From the NCBI GenBank assembly GCA_003971905.1, contig RSEE01000029.1, positions 186,001 to 250,000 of the forward strand: DNA of 64,000 nucleotides, in the 5' to 3' direction. This DNA is from Moniliella sp. 'wahieum' (taxonomy: Eukaryota). Of the stretch, positions 24,983-38,154 are shown piece after piece. A model generated the notes under the pieces. The model was not told the DNA's origin. It did not search any database and saw only the letters and a list, made by a program, of their open reading frames with translations. Positions within the stretch are counted from its first letter, which is position 1. Each line of letters begins with the position of its first letter. Both the position numbers and the translations under genes were made by a program.

Positions 24983-26472
24983 TTAGTGGCCAGCAGGCTT
25001 CTTGATCGACGACGTGTCCGGCACACCGGGCAGGGGGAACCCAGTCGCAAACTTCTGCACGTCCTCCGACAGCGCTCAATCAGCTTGCGGCCCTCGCCCT
25101 CGCCCGTGGTGGCCTTGGCGACAAAGTCCTTGAGAAGCTTGTTGCCAGCCTCCTTCTGGAGCACAGCGGCAATCTCGACAGCACGGTGGAGGAATTCACC
25201 CACCTTCTCCATGTCCGACTCGACCATGTTACGCGAGGTGAGTGCCGATGTGCCAATACGCACACCACCCGGCACCATGGCCGACGTGTCGCCCGAGACA
25301 GCGTTCTTTTGAGTGTAATGTGAGCCAGGTCACAGATCTCTCAATCTTACTGCCGGTCAGGCCAAGGGGACGCAGGTCCCAGAGGACCAAGTGGTTTTCC
25401 GAGCCATCCGTTTGGAGACGGTAGCCGTAGCTGAACAGCTTCTTGGCCAGCGCCTGCGAGTTTTTGATCACTTGCACAGCGTACGCCTTGAACTCGGGCG
25501 AAGCAACCTGCTTGAGTGCGACCGCAATCGCAGCAATCGTGTTGTTGTGCGGGCCACCTTGGCACGCAGGGAAGACAGCAGCGTTGATCTTGCCCTCCAC
25601 CGAAGGGTCCGTCTTCTTGAAAAAGATCATACCGGCGCGAGGACCACGGAGCGTCTTGTGGGTGGTGGTAGTGACAATGTCACAGTACTCAAAGGGGTTG
25701 TTCTGCACCTTGGATGCCACCAGGCCCGAGATGTGGGCAATGTCGGCCATGAGGAGCGATCCGTTGGCCTTGGCTATCTCCGACAAGCGCTTGTAGTCCC
25801 ACTCACGGGGGTACGCCGAGCCACCGCAGATGATCATGCGAGGCTTGAACAAGCCAGCGTTGGTAGCCAGACGGTCGTAATCAATGTAGCCCGTCTTGGG
25901 GTCAACCTGGTAAGGGAACGACTGGAAGTAGATCGACGAGGCGGAAATCTTCTTCTTGGCCGTGTAGTAGCCGTGAGTCAGGTGGCCACCATCGGGCAGA
26001 CCGAGACCCATGATCCGGTCTTGCGGGTCAAGGAGGGCAGTGAAAGTAGCGAAGTTGGCCGTCGAGCCCGAGTAGGGCTGCACATTGACGCCCCACTCAT
26101 TGGAGTCGAGGTCGAAAGCGGTGAGAGCGCGCTTGCGGCACAGGTTCTCGAGCTGGTCAATGAACTCGTTACCACCATAGTAGCGGGCCCCAGGCAGACC
26201 TTCAGAGTACTTGTTGGTCAAGATCGAGCCGTTTGCCTCCATAACAGCCAGCGAGGTGAGGTTCTCCGAAGCAATCAGCTCCAGACCCGAGAATTGGCGC
26301 CAGGTCTCGTTCTCGATGATGGCCTCGACCTCAGGGTCGGCCTGCGCCAGGGGCGCGTAGAGGACTTTGTTCTGTGGAGAGGCGGTGGTTAGGCAGGATG
26401 CCCACCAAGCGAGCCGTCAGGTGGTAGGAGGGAGCGCGCGATACTCACGAACTCAGCGGGCGCAAGGGACAT
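24983..26472 (-). CDS. SHM2: Serine hydroxymethyltransferase (cytosolic type)
   Basis: [16 protein letters not shown]...[37 protein letters not shown]-lysine motif [30 protein letters not shown]. Intron 26372-26448. TAA at 24983-24985. No mitochondrial presequence is evident. Confidence 0.93.
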
Positions 26473-28540
26473 GGCAAAGGCAGGGGCAGGTGATGGTGGG
26501 GAGACGGCGAATCTGGGGACCTGGCGAATTGTGGCATCCGCTTTTAAGAACTCCCAGCGCCTGAGGCTTGCGGACTGATTGAGGCGCTGTGGACACTGGC
26601 GGTATGGCCGCCGACGGGGCAGAAGGAAAATTTCCCGAGGAGCGGATTTTTTGGGGCCAGAGCTGGCCACAGCATGGCTGCTGGCTGCTGGCTGGCGTGG
26701 CAGGCACTGAACCCCACAGGTCCTACTGGTGCATGATGCATGATCGAGCGATGCATGATGTGGCACACTTCGTACCCTACTGTGGCGTGGCGTAAATTCA
26801 CCCTGGGCACGCATCTTCTTTTCTTCTGGCGCACGGACATTTCGTCTGTGCCCACCTGCCACACCAGGGCACAACCCGACCTTCCAATCGTCTGAGGCGC
26901 CCACATACAACAGGTACCATGACTATCGATGTCTCATGCTGTCCCAGCGGAGAGAGCCACATGGACAAAGTTTCTGAATATGGCTCCCCTCCTCAGTTAC
27001 ACGCAAACGCATGTTTGCCACGAGTAGTACTACTACAGACTGCATCTCCCCTTTTGATCATCTGAGAGGTTCATGTCACATGTCACCTGGAAGAGTATAG
27101 CTATGCGCGCGCCCCCATTGCCTTCTTTCGCTTGGTCAAATTGCGCCGCATGCGGCTGGAACATGTCTTTAAGCACCTCCAAGCCTCAGTGCATTCGGAA
27201 ATCACCGGGCCAGATCTGTTCCATCATGCATCATCGCCGCAACCAAAGAACGCCCCCACCCCCCGGCCGTCCGCTGGTCTCGAGTACTACCTGTGAAAAA
27301 GAGGCCTTGCCGGCCGGCCAAACCTGCTTTGCCCCTTCCTCTCGCAGTTCCGAACAGGTGACACCATCGTCATCAGCGCCAGCAGCAGCAATTGCAGATC
27401 GAGGGTGACCTCACCGGCCACCGGTCAGATTCAGAGGAGAGGCGGTGGTTCCCCCAGGTGCAATGACTATACTACGCATACGGTGTTTTGCAGAGACTTG
27501 ATGGTGTGTCCTCGTGACTGGGATATGCAGAAACCTGTGGGGCGCGCACCTCCATCAAATCGTTTTGCGCACCCGCTGCTTTTGGCTTCGAGAGATCTGT
27601 TGTTTGGATGCCAGACTTGGTAAGGGGCCACGGATTGCTTAGTTTGGCTGTGGGCACATGAAGAAGGAACAACAGAGGTCACTTATTCGCCCTTTTTCTG
27701 CCAACACCCAGTGAGAAGACGTTCGGGAGGGAGGAACGACTGCATCTGATAGTGCTGAACCCGACCACCAAGGCTTTGACGAGAGCGGCTGTGTTTGTCG
27801 TGTCTCCTGAATGCTTTTTGGCTTGCCGCTCAAGCCGTTCGGTCTCCGCCAGGAACGGCAAGCCAGTGTCAGAAGCCGCATCGCAATTCGGAGCCTCAAA
27901 TCCTCCTTTGTACTGCTGCTGGGTTATTGTCTCCTGTGTGGGCAAAACAGGAAGCCGCTTGCGAGAATGCACGGGTGGGTCAGGACGAGCATCGAGGCCA
28001 ACGTGCTGGCGGCGCGCACCCAATGGATCTTTTCTCGCACGACCTCCTGGTTGCCCACACCACGTCGAGATCTGCGAAGCCTGCGGGAGGCCAGTGGCAT
28101 GAGAGATTGGGTAAGCGTGTGGGTGGCAGCCCCACAAAGCGTTGGCTGGCCATATGCTCGTGGTGCGAATGGGGCACGCCATGCATCATGGACCATGGAT
28201 CATCACCATATGTCCTGGGAGGGCTGCAGAAAGCTTGCCTTGCACCGATCCGTTTGGAGGCCAGGACTAGCTTGACTAGTGATTAATTTGATTAGTGACT
28301 CGTGAGTAGTGCCTGGAGCCAGCGGCTGACATGTGCATCATCCATCCGGAAAACGTCATGCTCCAGGCACCACGTATCCCCGAGCGCCGAGTGGCTAGCC
28401 GCCAGTCAGGCTGAGGCAGCGCGTAGATGAGTCGGAGGTGTGGGGCGCCCAGGACTAAGTCCGAGTGTTGCAACGCCTGCTGCTCTTTCACTGGGCCTCC
28501 ACCTGCTTGCTTGTCCTGCTACCACCTACTCACCCTTGCC

Positions 28541-30446
28541 ATGTCGGCATTCGAGGGTGTTGATGTGCCGCCGCGCCGCCGCTCGTCCATATCCCACGCC
28601 AGCGCCATCCGCCGCCGCTCCACCCTCGGCAGCCCTTGTCGAGCCTGTGCGGCGGCAGCCCTCGTGGGCGCCCTCGCTCGCCCAGAACGAGTCATGGCTT
28701 GCCGTCGACGCCGAAATCCAGGCCGCTGCTCAGGCTCAGAACGAGCTGCGCAAGACCGCCACTCCCCTCCCCTTGCGCCAGCTCTGCATCGTCGTCATTA
28801 TGCGTCTCGCTGAACCCATCAGCTTCTCGGTCGTGTTCCCCTTTGTCAACCGCTTTGTCCTCGAGATTGGCGCCGCCAAATCCCCGGCCGATGTGGGTAG
28901 GTTGCACACTCTCTTTCGTTTCCTCTCTTCGTTTCTGACTGACGCATACATGTAGGCTTCTATGGCGGGATGATCGAGAGCCTCTTTGCTCTGACCCAGC
29001 TCCTCACGGTCCTGCCCTGGGCCAGCTTATCGGACCGGTGGGGACGCAAACCCGTCATGATTCTCGGTTTGTCGGGCGTGTTTGTGTCCCAGATCCTCTT
29101 CGGTACTTCGACTTCTCTCTCTCAGCTCATTTTCGCCCGCTGCTTGGCCGGCGCGCTCAACGGCAACGTGGCGGTAGTCAAGAGCCTGGTTAGCGATATT
29201 ACCGACCCTTCCAACCGAGCAAAAGCATTCACGCTTCTCCCAGTCACTTGGGCCATTGGATGTTCGCTAGGAAGCTTGTGTGGAGGTTCGTTTCTCTCCT
29301 GCAGATGTGTGTTAGCGAAGGCTAACCGCCTTATCCTTCCCCAGGGTACCTGGCGCACCCTGAAGAGCAGTTTCCTGGACTCTTCGGCAGGGACGGAATC
29401 TTTTCTTTCGGCGGTCTTTGGCTTGCCTATCCTTACCTCTTGCCATGCGTCGTTGCTGCGGGATGTGTTCTGACAGGCATTCTTCTCGGAATTTTTTCCT
29501 CGAAGAGACGCTCCCCAGCATCGTCCTGGCTGCCGAGGCTGAGGCTGAGGCCCGAGCTACCGGTGTCACGTCCCGACCCTCAGATGAGCAGGCCTTGTTG
29601 GCTCAACCCAACGCCACCTACCAAGCCATCTCGGGTCCCCAAGAAGTGGACCAAGAGGAACCCCCGGCTGAGACAAGCATCTGGGAGATGATGACCATCC
29701 CTCACATCCAAAACGTCCTAGTGTCGTACGGGCTCCTGGCTTTATGTTCGGTTTCTCTTGATGCTGTTTATGTGCTTTGGTTCTTTACTCCTATTTCGGA
29801 CGGTGGTCTGGCTCTCAGCAGTAGTCAGACCGGCCGTGTCCTTGCCATCTTTGGAGTGGTGGCTGTACTGTTCCAATCATACGTCTTTACTGAGCTACAG
29901 AGCCGGATGGGCACATTGAGACTGTATCGGCTCAGCCTGGCTTGCTGGCCCCTGACTGCAGCAGTGCTTCCCTTTGCCACCATGGTTGCCCAAGCCGCTC
30001 TTCCGCCCGGTATAGACGAGACGGACAAGACGATCAACGAGCTTCTTCCCCCTCGTGCCCGTGCGATGGTATGGGCCGTAATCATCCTTAGCAACGTATT
30101 CCGAGTTTCGGCAAGCATGAGCTTCTCGGCCAACAACTTGCTTGTGAACCAATCGGTGGTATTTCTCTCGGGTGAAAAATTGGGCACGCTCAACGGATTG
30201 GCCCAAGCATCTTCTTCTTTGACTCGCGCGATCGGACCGTACGGGTCGACCTGCCTCTTTGCGTGGTCCATCGAGATGGGCTTCAGCTACCTCATATGGC
30301 CCATCTTTGTTGTCCTCGGCACCTTGGCCGTGGCCAGCACGCTCCAGATGGCCGACTTGGAGGCCGAGGACGTTCTTGAGGCCATCCGCCTCCAGCGAGA
30401 GGAGGATGCCGACACAACTTCTACCGCCAGCATTCCTAACCAGTGA
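28541..30446 (+). CDS. MFS transporter (DHA1/ZIFL-like)
   Basis: TPLPLRQLCIVVIMRLAEPISFSVVFPFV, motif A WASLSDRWGRKPV, ARCLAGALNGNVAVVKS, LGTLNGLAQ...RAIGP. Introns 28897-28955 and 29286-29344. Confidence 0.88.
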
Positions 30447-31190
30447 GGGCACTGTGGCAGTCGCACACGGATTGTCCTTTCGTTGCCATGGCTGTCCTTC
30501 ACGAACTGGACCGGCTTCCCCTCCTCCCTTTAACTCAATTGGAGGGGGAGGTTACCTTTTCACGCCCCCTTCGTCCTACGAGGCTCTTTCTTGCACAATC
30601 ACAATATCTGCCCTATGGGTCATCCTGGCTGAGCCATGCAACGCTCAGACGGAACAAAATACGCGGAGCACTTGGCTCTAGCTCGTCACACTTTACTTGA
30701 TCAGTGCTTTGAGGTACAACTGATATTACCCCTTCACAGCCTATGCAAAGGCATGCGTGTGTTAAAATCTGGGCTCCTGTCACTTGCAAATGCCATCTCC
30801 TGTGTCTTTTTAGGTGGTACTTCATTGAGTATTTGTGTGTGAGAACGTGCATGCTCTCCGGTCGCTTACACTCTAGTCGGTAGTTTCTCAAGACCTGCCT
30901 GTACGGTGAGGGTGGATTAACAATTCCAGCTTCGTTATGTAGGGGTATCAACGTTCAGCTTGTCCCAGACGAGGAACTATATCATAACGACGTGCAGCAA
31001 CCACGCATTTGGCGGGTCAAGGGGGCTTACAAGCTAGCACCGCACGGTGGTTGTTGACTACCGCGTATGGGCAGCACATCGTCGCTACAGGCAACCAACA
31101 GAAGCAAGCAACACGGAATGAACCAGAGCTACATCGAGATATCCATCTTGGGTAGGGCCACAAGGAAGAAGATGGGTATTAGATAGTATA

Positions 31191-32793
31191 TTAGAGTTGC
31201 CCCCAGATTTTGATTGTCCGATCAAAGCCCACAGCCGCAACGTGCTCTTGGTTGGGGGAAATGTCAACGCTCATAATTTTGTTGTCTCCGCCTGTACGGA
31301 GCTCGCGCTGAAGCTGCCAGTCGTCTGCAGACCAGAGACGGACCATCCCATCGTATCCGGATGTGGCCAAAAAGAGACCGTCGGATGGGAGTTGGGTACC
31401 GTCGTCGGTGTCCAACGTGTCCAGACTGGTGTCCATCATCTCGGCCGTATTCGCTCCCAAACTAGCCTGGTACTCCAGCCAGGCCTGGTGGGCATCCGGG
31501 TTGGGGGGGCGGGAGCGGTAGAAGCGCAGATCCGACACGGTCGATGTATGAGCAGGGATGGTGTACGTGGTGCCTAGCGCACGCAGTCCCAAATCCGAAC
31601 CGTGTCGTCGTCGCCCCCAGTGGCGGCCTGCCAGCCATTCGGAGCAAAGTCGACCGCCAACACACTCGATGCATGGCCCGACAAAATCATCGCTGATCGC
31701 CCGGTACGCACGTCCCAGATGCGAACTAGGCCATCCAGACCACCACTGGCAACCAACGCGCCGTCATCTTGGAACTCGACCGTATACACCTCTCCCGAGT
31801 GCCCCTCTTGGGTGTACAGTTCCTTTTGCACAACTGGGTCCCACAAACGCCATGTATGATCAAACCCAGCCGATGCGAGCAGCAGACCTTGGGGATGGAA
31901 GGCGACGCGAGCCACCCGCCCCTGGTGGCCCATCATACGCCCTAGTGGTGCCGGCGACTCGAGAGACCACAAGCCTACCGATCCATCGGCACATCCAGTC
32001 GCAATGTTGGCTGCGGCGCGTGGCAGCCAGCGAGTTGCACCCGGGTGCCAAGCTGCACCCGATACACGGTTCGAGTGGCCACGGTACACTCCTGTCCCAC
32101 CTTGCGGGCGGGCGGGAAAGGGCGCAGGACTCATTCGGGGCACATCCCACAGTTTAACTCCGCCACTCCAGGAGGTGGTCAGCAAATGTTGGCCGTCGGG
32201 ACTGAAGCGGGCCATACTAACCGCGCGATCATCGCCCAGCTGGCTACCCAAGAGGGACAGATGGCTCGGCTCTAGCGCGGCAAACGTATCGCGCCGTTTG
32301 AGAGCAATGTCTTGCAGCCGCAACTTGGCCAGTTTGCGCTCCCTGTCCACCCGTCTGCGTGCCCGCTGAAGAGAGAAGATTGCAGTCCGTTTCCGGGCGG
32401 CAAGGACAGCTTCCATATCGGCCGGCTCGGTATAAAATTCCTCCTCTTGATCCTCGTCGTCCGACATGTGGTCCACATCCGACTCTTTCCCTCCCTCCAT
32501 TGGAGCATTAAAATCCACCGTCTCCCCGGAGGCCGCCCTGGCCTCACGAGAGCGCATCTCCTTCTCTGCCAAGTAAGCACGCAGACGCTCGCGGCGGTCG
32601 GGCTCGCGTTCGCCGAAAAGCGTCATTGGCTGATGGTGATCCCGTAGGCGTTGACGGACCACGCGGTCGTTGGTCGGAACCGCGAGGTTGCGGGCGAGTT
32701 TCTTGATGGCGAGCGACCGCAGCGCCTCTTTTTCGGCCTGAGCGGCGCGGGGGCGGTCTGGGCGCTGTACGTGTACTGTATATCCTGATCCAT
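31191..32793 (-). CDS. PRP4: U4/U6 snRNP WD40 protein Prp4
   Basis: PRP4 motif AVPTNDRVVRQRLR...PMTLFGEREPDRRERLR, EEEFYT, SQLGDDRAVS, WD repeats GHQGRVARVAFHPQG, QEGHSGEVY, TIPAHTSTVSDLRF. The start at 32793 (MDQDIQY) is inferred across a frameshift. Confidence 0.92.
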
Positions 32794-33301
32794 GGGGTCT
32801 GGGAGGGAAGAAGGCGCGGTACATGGTCAGCCGAGGAGAGAGAACACAAAGGGGATGGGAGGGTGGCGTACCGAAAGCATCCATATGCGGTCGGTCGGGC
32901 AAGGCGCCGGATGCGCTCCATCCATGCCCTGCCATGCTGGATGGGGTGGTGGTCAACTTGGCCTCAACCGACGTGCAGGCGGTGCGCAACCTGGGAATTT
33001 GGCGCGCCTCCCATTTCCGCCCGCCGACTGGCTCGGGTCCTTTTGCGGCTCGGCTGCCAGGCATCACGTGATGCCTATTGAACTGGTTCATCGCTTCCAG
33101 CCAGGCCTGCGTCCACCTCCTGTTCCGCTGTGCCCGTCCGTGCCTCCCGTGCAACACAGCACACGCCCAAATATACGTGAAAAGCAGCGCGCTAGCCCTG
33201 ATCAGGTGCGTCGCCCAGCTTGGCGTACGGCCTGCCTCTTCCTTCAAGCTGCTTCAGTAGCCTCCTAGCCACCACCCACCAGCTCGCTCTTCGTGCCAAG
33301 C

Positions 33302-33760
33302 ATCGGCTTCGGCGCTGCTTTCGTCTTCTTCGGCAGTCGCTTTCCTCTATGGTATGCCTATCTTGAATTCGACTTTCATCGCCCCACGTGTTCATATAGA
33401 TCCTTTGGTGCACCTGCGTGTGCCCAGGCGAGCTGACCCTTCTGTCCTTTGTTGCCATGATCTGCAACCAGGTTTGCTCTTCATTGCCTCCATCTACGAC
33501 TTACCGCTGCTCTACGGCGGCCAAATTTCCGAGAACAAGGTGAGTGCTGCCCAAGCGACTACCTGTCCATCCACCAGGGCCCAAGGCGGTACAGACCCTG
33601 TTCCATGGCGTGACTGGCATTGGTATCCTAGCCCTGGTGGCCAAGATCCATCGTTGGTCAGAGTTGGGTATGTATTTTGACGAAGGCAGTCTCGGCGCAT
33701 ACCTTTCTTCCGCCAGGATCATCCTCGCTGGCCGTGTTGTGCTTGTGCTGGCGTCGTTCT
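33302..33760 (+). pseudogene. SHR3: Truncated relic of ER amino-acid-permease chaperone Shr3
   Basis: Exon 1 (I)GFGAAF..SAVAFLYG, intron 33352-33471 (GTATGC...CTGAC...CAG), then LLFIASIYDLPLLY and GPKAVQTLFHGVTGIGILALVAKIHRWSELGMYFDEGSLGAYL (cf. fungal Shr3 LVAKLHKWDESAMFFDGSSL). It then jumps to a last-TM-like IILAGRVVLVL and runs into a microsatellite. ATC stands where ATG is expected. Confidence 0.7.
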
Positions 33761-33789
33761 GTGCTGTACTGTGCTGTGCTGTACTGTGC
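33761..33789. repeat. (GTGCT/GTACT)n pentamer microsatellite
   Basis: gtgct gtact gtgct gtgct gtact gtgc read directly. Confidence 0.8.
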
Positions 33790-34482
33790 CGGCTGGGTTG
33801 GGTAATGGGTGGGCAGTGCTGTACATGGCGGTGGTGCACATGCACCTGGCAGGAACAGTACCCAATATGCGTCTTCTCGCGCATCCGTCCAACGAAACGT
33901 ACCTGTGGGGGTCAACACTCGCAACGCAGCGGTCCAAGTGGCAGGAAGATTTTGAGGCTGGCTTGGTGACTGGGCCTGCGCCGAGGGGGATGGGCTGGAC
34001 GTGGGGTGTGCAGGCGCGAGTGGCTGGATGGGGATGGAGGCCGGAGCGTGGGACTGCGCGGGACAAGGCGAGGGAGTGTTTGCTGTGGGGCGATGCAGGC
34101 GCTGATCTGGCAGCTTGCCATTTCAAACCGGGCCGGACGCCGGAGTTCCACGTGGGGTGGGTGGTCTGGCGGGTCCAACTGGAAACGGGGGTGTGCTTGG
34201 ATATGGCCGCCGGGCCCAGCGGCGGCAGGGGGCAGTGTGGCGAATACGGGGGAGTGCGCTGGAGAAAAACTGCGACGCCCAGACACGCTCTGGGGCGCAG
34301 CCGCATGCACCGACGCCAGCCAAACGCTTCCCCACCCCGTGCCGCCCCAGACCCACCACCGAGCAGCCGCTCCTCCCCCCCTCGTCCACCGCCCGCCCCC
34401 TCGTCCGCACCACCACCACCCCACCTCGCTTAGCGCGTCCACCCGGCTAACCCTTTCCCACGGCAGCGCTCAGCCTCCGACG

Positions 34483-37400
34483 ATGGCCACGGCCGAGGCG
34501 CCCTTGCAATGCCAGACCAACCAGCCGTTGCCCTCGGGCATCCCGGCCTCTGCCGCACTCATCCTCTGTGCCCTGGTATGCAACCTGCCGTCTGTCCTGT
34601 CCTGTGTCCCTGTGATTGCCGTCGTCCTGACATCCCTCATTCTTCCCCCCAGAACTCCCAATCGGCCATCACGGGCGCCCAGGTCGCTTTTGCCGTGGCC
34701 GCCTATGCCGCCGCTGCGGCAGGCATGCTGATCCTCTTCCAGGTCATGCGCCCCACAAACCGCATTGTATATGAGCCCAAGCTCAAGTACTCTGACGACC
34801 GCGCTGCCTGCCCTGCCATGGGTCGCAACCCCTTTGCTTGGATCGCGCCCTTGTGGCGAATGAAGGAGCGGGACCTACTGCCCATTGTTGGCCTGGATGC
34901 AGTGGCGTACTTGCGCTTTACTCGCATGATGAGGTGGACCGTCACCATCATTAGCATCGTCTTCTGCATCGTCTTGATCCCCATCGACGTCACTGCCAAC
35001 ATTCGCGACCGCGACTCGAGCTGGGAAACCGATACGGACAATGCTCCGCTCGTCATGATCACCATGCGCAATGTGCATGGCGGCTACCTGTGGGCTCATG
35101 TGGCGATGAGTTTTTTGCCACCCTGGTCGCTTTGGGATTCCTCTGGCTCAACTGGCGCCAGATGTTTCGCATGCGGTGGGACTGGTTCCGCTCGCCTGAA
35201 TACCAAAATGCATTCTACGCACGCACCTTGCTAATCACTCACGTTGCCCCTTCGTTGCGCTCGGACCAAGCCCTTTCGGACGTGCTGCAGCAACTCAAAA
35301 TGCCTTATCCCACCACCGAGGTCACCATTGGGCGCGACATGGGCCTGTTACCGGACCTAATTGATCGCCACAAAAACTTGGTGCGTAAGCTGGAGCGCGC
35401 TCTGGTCTGGTACATCAATACCCCTACAAGCGTACGCCCACATCGCCCCACTACCCGTCTCGGCGGCTTCCTCGGCCTCGGTGGTCGCAAGGTTGATGCC
35501 ATCGACCACTTCTCCGACGAGATTGAAAAAGTCGAGGCGTCAATTGAGGAGGAACGGTTGCGCATGGCCGAAAAGCGTCCCGTCAGCTACGGCTTTGCCA
35601 GTATGGGCGGCGTACACTATGCTCACGCCGCTGCTCGCAGCCTACGCCGTAGGCTCCGAGAGGACTCAAGATTCAACTTGCTCCTCCTCCTAGTGCGATC
35701 ATTTGGCGCAACTTGACCTTGAGTTCCTGGCAGCGCTTTCGGTCGAGCGTGATGGGCTTCATTTTGCTCATTGTCCTTCTATTTATCAATGCGGTCCCGC
35801 TGACTGGTGTCAACTTGATTACCAACATGAGTCTGTTTGCCACGAGTGGTGTCAGCTGGACTGAGAGCGCCGGGGGCTCCCAGGAATCGACAGTCCAGAT
35901 GCACCATCCTCTTCTCAAGTGGCTTTACGAGTGGCGTCACTCCCACAAACTCTCCTTTGCCGCCGTTGCTGGTATTCTTCCCCCTCTCATTTCGGCAGTA
36001 GCAAGTTGGCTGTTGCCCATCTTTATGCGACGCTTGGCCAAGTACCGTGGTATCACATCCAAGGTCACCACCGATCGGGTGATCTTGGGGCAGTATTACG
36101 GCTACCTGGTTATCTCTCAGCTTCTCATCTTTACCCTGATTGGTGTGTTCATCAACTTGCTCATCATTGTGGGCGTGTCGGCACGCAAGGTCAAAGGTAC
36201 CAAGCTACTCGACCGGATCCAGCTGCCGCAGCTGCCACAAAACATCAAACAACAGTACTTTCTACTTGGCAACTACTGGCTCACTTGGATGCCGTTGAAA
36301 GTGATGCTTGTTTTTCTCGACCTCGCCCAAGCGATCAAGCTGCTTTATGTTTGGTTGCTGAAGGGTCTGGTTAGCAAGACGCCTCGTGACGTTCGTGAGC
36401 TCACTGAGCCACCGTATTTTGAATACAGCACCTACTACGCCAACCTCCTGTTTGTGGGCGCTGTCGTGATGGTCTATGCCCCTCTTTCCCCGCTGATCGC
36501 TTTACTGGGAGCGATCGTGTTTTGGGCATACAGCATTGCAAACAAGTACCAGCTCATGTATGTCAACCAGACAAGCTGAGACGGGCGGCAAGTTGTGGCA
36601 GTCGGCCTCGAATCGGTTCTTGGTCAACGTGCTTTTTATGCAGGCCATTCTGATCCTCTCGGTTCTGCTCGAAGATCCCAGTACGGGGTACCGGGCTGTT
36701 GCCTGTCTTCCTCCCATTGGGTTAGTGGTTGTGTTCAAGGTGTACCTGCGCCGTGCCTTTGAGCAGAAATTCGAGTGGTACATTCCTCGGCAGAGGAGGC
36801 GACCCAGATTCGGCTTCATCACGGCGACCAAAAGCACCATCGTCTCGAGCGCCGGTTTGGCCATCCTTTCCTAACGCAAAAACTGTGGACCCCCATGGTG
36901 CATGCCTGGAGCCATGCATTGTTGCCAGAAGTATACCACGGTCGCATCGACGAGGCCAAACAGGCTGTTGTTGATGGTCGCCAAGTCGAGACGGCTGCCA
37001 TCGAGGGTGGCCTCAAGATTGCCTTTGTGCAAGAGGACCAGCTCGAGTACGACCCTCGCACGGATGACGACACCAGATCGGTCTTGTCTGCCACCACCAT
37101 CTCCTCGTCCTTGGCGCCGGGGGCCAGAGGCAAAAGGCAAGCTCCGGGTCCTTCGCCCTTGGGCATGGCTATCACGATCAGGGTAGCCACTCCCAGTACA
37201 ATGGGTCCACGGTTCGATGTCCCAGGCCCCCGGAGAAGAGTACGAAATGGGATACGTCTACCCGGGCGAGGAAATGCGGCGGAGTGATTCTAAGGACAAC
37301 CTGTGCTTGGCTCGAACCTGGATCCCCAGGGGACCGGGACCGTACCGAGCCATCCGACCGCCGACTCTCTCTCCAAACCCCCCTACGAATGGGACAAGGG

Positions 37401-37725
37401 CTATGGCTCTTCGTCCCAGATGGACCTGGTCTTGTCCCGAGGAATGAGTCCCGCGCCTTCCTACACCCCACCCACGCTGTACCCAACGCGTTCAGTCCAG
37501 GCGGTCAGCACCCCGCTCTTGGCGCCCGTGGATCCTGCCGAAGAGACCGAACCATCAGGTCTGCCTGAGGAACAGCCAAGGGAAGAATACCACTCGGCCG
37601 GCAGGTACTATGACCCGTACCAATCTCCTTCGCACACCGCACCCCATCACCGTAACGGGCCTCCTTCTTCCTCTTTTACCATCATGGATCATCAGTCATC
37701 TGTCATCTGTCATCGCTTTTATTAG
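34483..37725 (+). CDS. CSC1/OSCA/TMEM63 family calcium-permeable stress-gated channel (Rsn1/Phm7-like)
   Basis: RPTNRIVYEPKLKY, VGLDAVAYLRFTRM, RKVDAIDHF, SYGFASM, PYFEYSTYYANLLF...YAPLSPL, KYQLMYV..T..ETGGKLW. Intron 34576-34652. The 3' end is low-complexity and uncertain. Confidence 0.88.
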
Positions 37726-38154
37726 TTGCTGTTTCCTGCCCTGGCTCGTGTTTTGTCTTGATTCGGTTGCAGGTTCATTTTCCTTCTCTGGGTTCCAGGC
37801 CTTGTCTATTTGGGTTGCATCGGCGGTCCTGTCGAAGCCCCTGTGGTTTCACCAGCCCTGGACCTCGTCATTGTGGCTCAATGTACTAGTTTGAAGCGCC
37901 ACGTTAGATGCAGGCAGATGCGTGAATCTCGTTTCGTGGTCGTGGGATTGGACGAGAGCAAAGGAACAGACAAAGTAGCAGGTGAGGAAACGGGGGGTTA
38001 GAACGAGGGGCAAAAAGTGAAGGTCCAAAGGAGGCGGCGGGTGGGGGGGGGGAGCAGAGGCGGGGGGGGGGGCGGGGGGGGGAACAAAAAAGGCAGAGGA
38101 AAGCGAAACGACAGCTTTTGGGGGCGCTCAGCTACGCTCGCCATCTCCACCTAC

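Noticed and set aside
25391..26392. Long antisense ORFs (333 aa opposite SHM2; 613 aa at 44641-46482 opposite CHC1; 316 aa at 61475-62425)
   Set aside because: Expected shadows of high-GC codon bias on the opposite strand of real genes; no protein motifs.
133..30446. Secondary-metabolite cluster suggested by two MFS transporters
   Set aside because: They are 27 kb apart, separated by housekeeping genes, with no PKS, NRPS, terpene or tailoring enzyme genes.
32794..33247. N-terminal 150 aa of the 557-aa ORF read as part of Prp4 or as a separate membrane-protein relic
   Set aside because: Prp4 similarity begins only near 32790. The upstream part is an open frame through promoter DNA, and its resemblance to any family is too weak to call.
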